Origin: Azolla caroliniana
Taxonomy: Eukaryota; Plantae; Polypodiophyta
Direction of reading: 5' to 3'
NCBI GenBank assembly: GCA_043228905.1
Contig: JBHGNT010001461.1
Coordinates: 1-8,111 of the forward strand
Length of the DNA stretch: 8,111 bases
Shown here: positions 6,030 to 8,111 of the stretch, in pieces
How the letters are laid out: the number at the start of each line of letters is the position of its first letter
Numbering within the stretch: position 1 is the first letter of the stretch
The notes under the pieces: generated by a model
What the model saw: only the letters and a program-made list of their open reading frames with translations
Database searches by the model: none
Told to the model about the DNA's origin: nothing
Position numbers and translations under genes: made by a program

Positions 6030-8111
6030 ATGCAGGGACCTAGTTCCCCTCCGTTTGTTGTTCCTCTTAATCTTAAAGATCTTGAAATCCCTCCTGATGA
6101 TGGAGAGAATCGACTTTTTGCTGAAAAAGTCACTGACATCGATGCATTACAACCTGATGAAGTTGAACAATTAGTCAAAGGTTTGTGTATTTATGCCAAA
6201 TATGCTACCTAGTTTCAAAGTTTAGACAAAGTTTCTGAGGATAGGATAACCTTTGCTTTCATGTAGGATTGGCCTTCGATCTGGCAGACAAAGAAGTTTT
6301 ATGTATCGAGGAGCAAGAGATTTTTGATCAAGTCTACTCTCTTGTCAGGTTAAAAGATGTTAGGGACTCAGTGACATCCTTTTCAGGGAGAAATATTGCT
6401 CTCCTAAACCTGTTTATAACAACACAATGTTGCGTTTTTCTGATTAATTTTTTTATATTCCACAGGGGCTTCTCATCATTGGAACCTGTGATGAAAGGAA
6501 GCCTGATTGAAAGCCTTAGCTCAAATTTTAGTGTTTTGCTTCCTAACATTACGTCTTTGCTGAAATCTGCTCAAGAATCCTCCGATGATTCATCTTCATT
6601 AGGAAATCACATTCATTCTCATAGAAATGCCTTCAGGATTTATTGCTATTTCATTCAAAGCATTGCTTTCACAGAAGCAGCAGGAACAGATACAGAGAAA
6701 GAAAGACCTATTGCACGTGCAACTACCAAGGTGTTTGTTCTAAAAACAAACTCAATGAAATGCATCTCTTTCACTTTCAAACAATTGGTTTTTATCTAAT
6801 AATTTGTGCAGTCTAAACAAAGCCGGAAAAAACACCTACCAAAACCTTGGGATTGGGAATTACAACGAGCAAGGATTGTACGGCTTCTTGCAGCAGCTGT
6901 AGATGAAGACCTAAAACAGCTTTTTGGAAGTTCACAACCTGAAGAAACTCTGCTTGCCTATATTTTAAAGTGAGCATTCTAGGCGTCGCATTTAAAAAAA
7001 TACTGATAATAATGCACAAAACAGTTCAAAAATGCAAAAATAAGTTTTAGGGTCAAATAATCTTGTTATGTGTCAGTTTTCTAATAAATGCATCCTATTG
7101 GTTTTAGGGGGGTCTTTTCATTGCTTGAGGATCCTGCAGTAATAAAAGATAAAGATGTGAAGGATGCCCTCTACAATCTGATAGCATCTTGTTCAACTAA
7201 GTATCATTATATAACGCAGTCAGCGGCCTCTATCCTTCATTTACTTCATAAACATGAACACTTACCTGTCTGCCTGGCAGAAGCTGTTGCACATGCTGAT
7301 CAGAAGTATCATGATAGCAGCTTGGCAGTAGCATTAGTAAGAGAAATAGGAAGATTAAACCCTAAAGAATATGCTCGGGATGGTCTTGGAGCTGATAATA
7401 TTGGCAAATTCCTTGTTGAACTCGCTGAAAGATTGCCCAAAGTTGTCACGACTAATGTAGGGATTTTGATGCCACATTTTGGGGGTGAATCTTACAAAAT
7501 CAGAAGTGCGTTGGTTTCTGTGTTCGGGAAGTTGATTTCAAAGGTGTCCAAAGAATTTGCTGGAAATGGTTTAAGTGAAACAAATAGACTCCGTAGCAAG
7601 CAGGCTATGATTGATGTTCTGATTGAACGAAGTAGGGACACAACTGCCTATACGAGAAGTAGAGTATTGCAGACATGGGCTGAATTGTGTGAGGATCATG
7701 CTGTCTCTATTGGTTTATGGAATCAGGTTGCAGATGTGGCTGCTGGACGTCTTGAAGATAAGGCTGCAATTGTGCGCAAGAGTGCATTACAACTTCTCTC
7801 TACCCTCTTGAAGTATAATCCATTTGGACCACAGCTCCGAACTGCTGCTTTTGAGGCTACCCTAAGCAAATACAAAGGACAGCTGGAGAGTATGAGTTCA
7901 CAGTCCCAGGCTGAAGGTCCTAACAAAGGGGGCGATGAGGCCAATGAAAATTCAGATCTACCTATTGGAAAGGAAACTTCTGAACTCAATATTTCTGAAG
8001 TTGCAGAAGAAGTGGTATCAGAAGGTTTAGTTGGAGAAGATAGTGGTCTCTCTCAAAATCCAGCGCAAGTTCATCAACCCATGCAAACTTCTGATGTTGG
8101 AGGATTAGAAC
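6030..8111 (+). CDS. CAP-D2: Condensin I complex subunit 1 (CAP-D2 / NCAPD2 / Cnd1), HEAT-repeat protein; 3'-partial. Exons: join(6030..6180,6267..6348,6466..6730,6812..6969,7108..>8111)
   Basis: Four GT-AG introns (6181-6266, 6349-6465, 6731-6811, 6970-7107) join into one open frame of about 553 codons: MQGPSSPPFVVPLNLKDLE...VKGLAFDLADKEVLCIEEQEIFDQVYSLVRGF...SNFSVLLPNI...SHRNAFRIY...WDWELQRARI...GADNIGKFLVELAERLPK...PHFGGESYKIRSALV...ERSRDTTAYTRSRVLQTWAELCEDHAVSIGLWNQVA..AAGRLEDKAAIVRKSALQLL..LLKYNPFGPQLRTAAFEATL. This closely matches the N-terminal half of plant CAP-D2 as I recall it. The start at 6030 is the simplest choice; the leader may be spliced. Confidence 0.96.

Noticed and set aside
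5746-6174. 142-aa ORF overlapping the CAP-D2 start
   Set aside because: GTG start, runs through intron-like (TCC)n sequence and an alternative frame of exon 1, and has no recognisable domain. It is relevant only as a possible overlapping uORF.
6334-7989. ORFs 6334..6549, 6813..7019, 7723..7989 (minus) and 7623..7811 (plus)
   Set aside because: Antisense or alternative-frame shadows of CAP-D2 exons with no independent coding evidence.
7880-8111. Acidic, low-complexity stretch in CAP-D2 as a novel insertion
   Set aside because: CAP-D2 proteins have a variable acidic loop after the NPF...L motif region, so this is ordinary.

Overview
Eukaryotic nuclear DNA from a land plant, with AT-rich spliceosomal introns; divergence from angiosperm proteins suggests a non-flowering lineage such as a fern (inference). 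Two intron-containing genes diverge head-to-head across about 3.8 kb. On the minus strand, exons 1-9 (2238 to 169, continuing past base 1) encode a THUMP-domain RNA guanine-N2 methyltransferase-like protein of the THUMPD3/THUMPD2/Trm14 family, with a probable GC-AG first intron. On the plus strand, exons 1-5 (6030 to past 8111) encode condensin I subunit CAP-D2. The intergenic region holds a 475-bp non-autonomous TIR element (27-bp TIRs, target-site duplication, AACGG-rich subtermini) 180 bp upstream of the THUMP ATG, a degenerate 29-bp tandem array (about 4034-4292), microsatellites, and a CAP-D2 leader with a duplicated splice donor and uORFs. Nearly all supplied ORFs are spurious or exon/intron hybrids. 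I found no convincing new multi-gene system. The best leads are the transposon with atypical ends, the plant THUMP methyltransferase and the 29-bp array.
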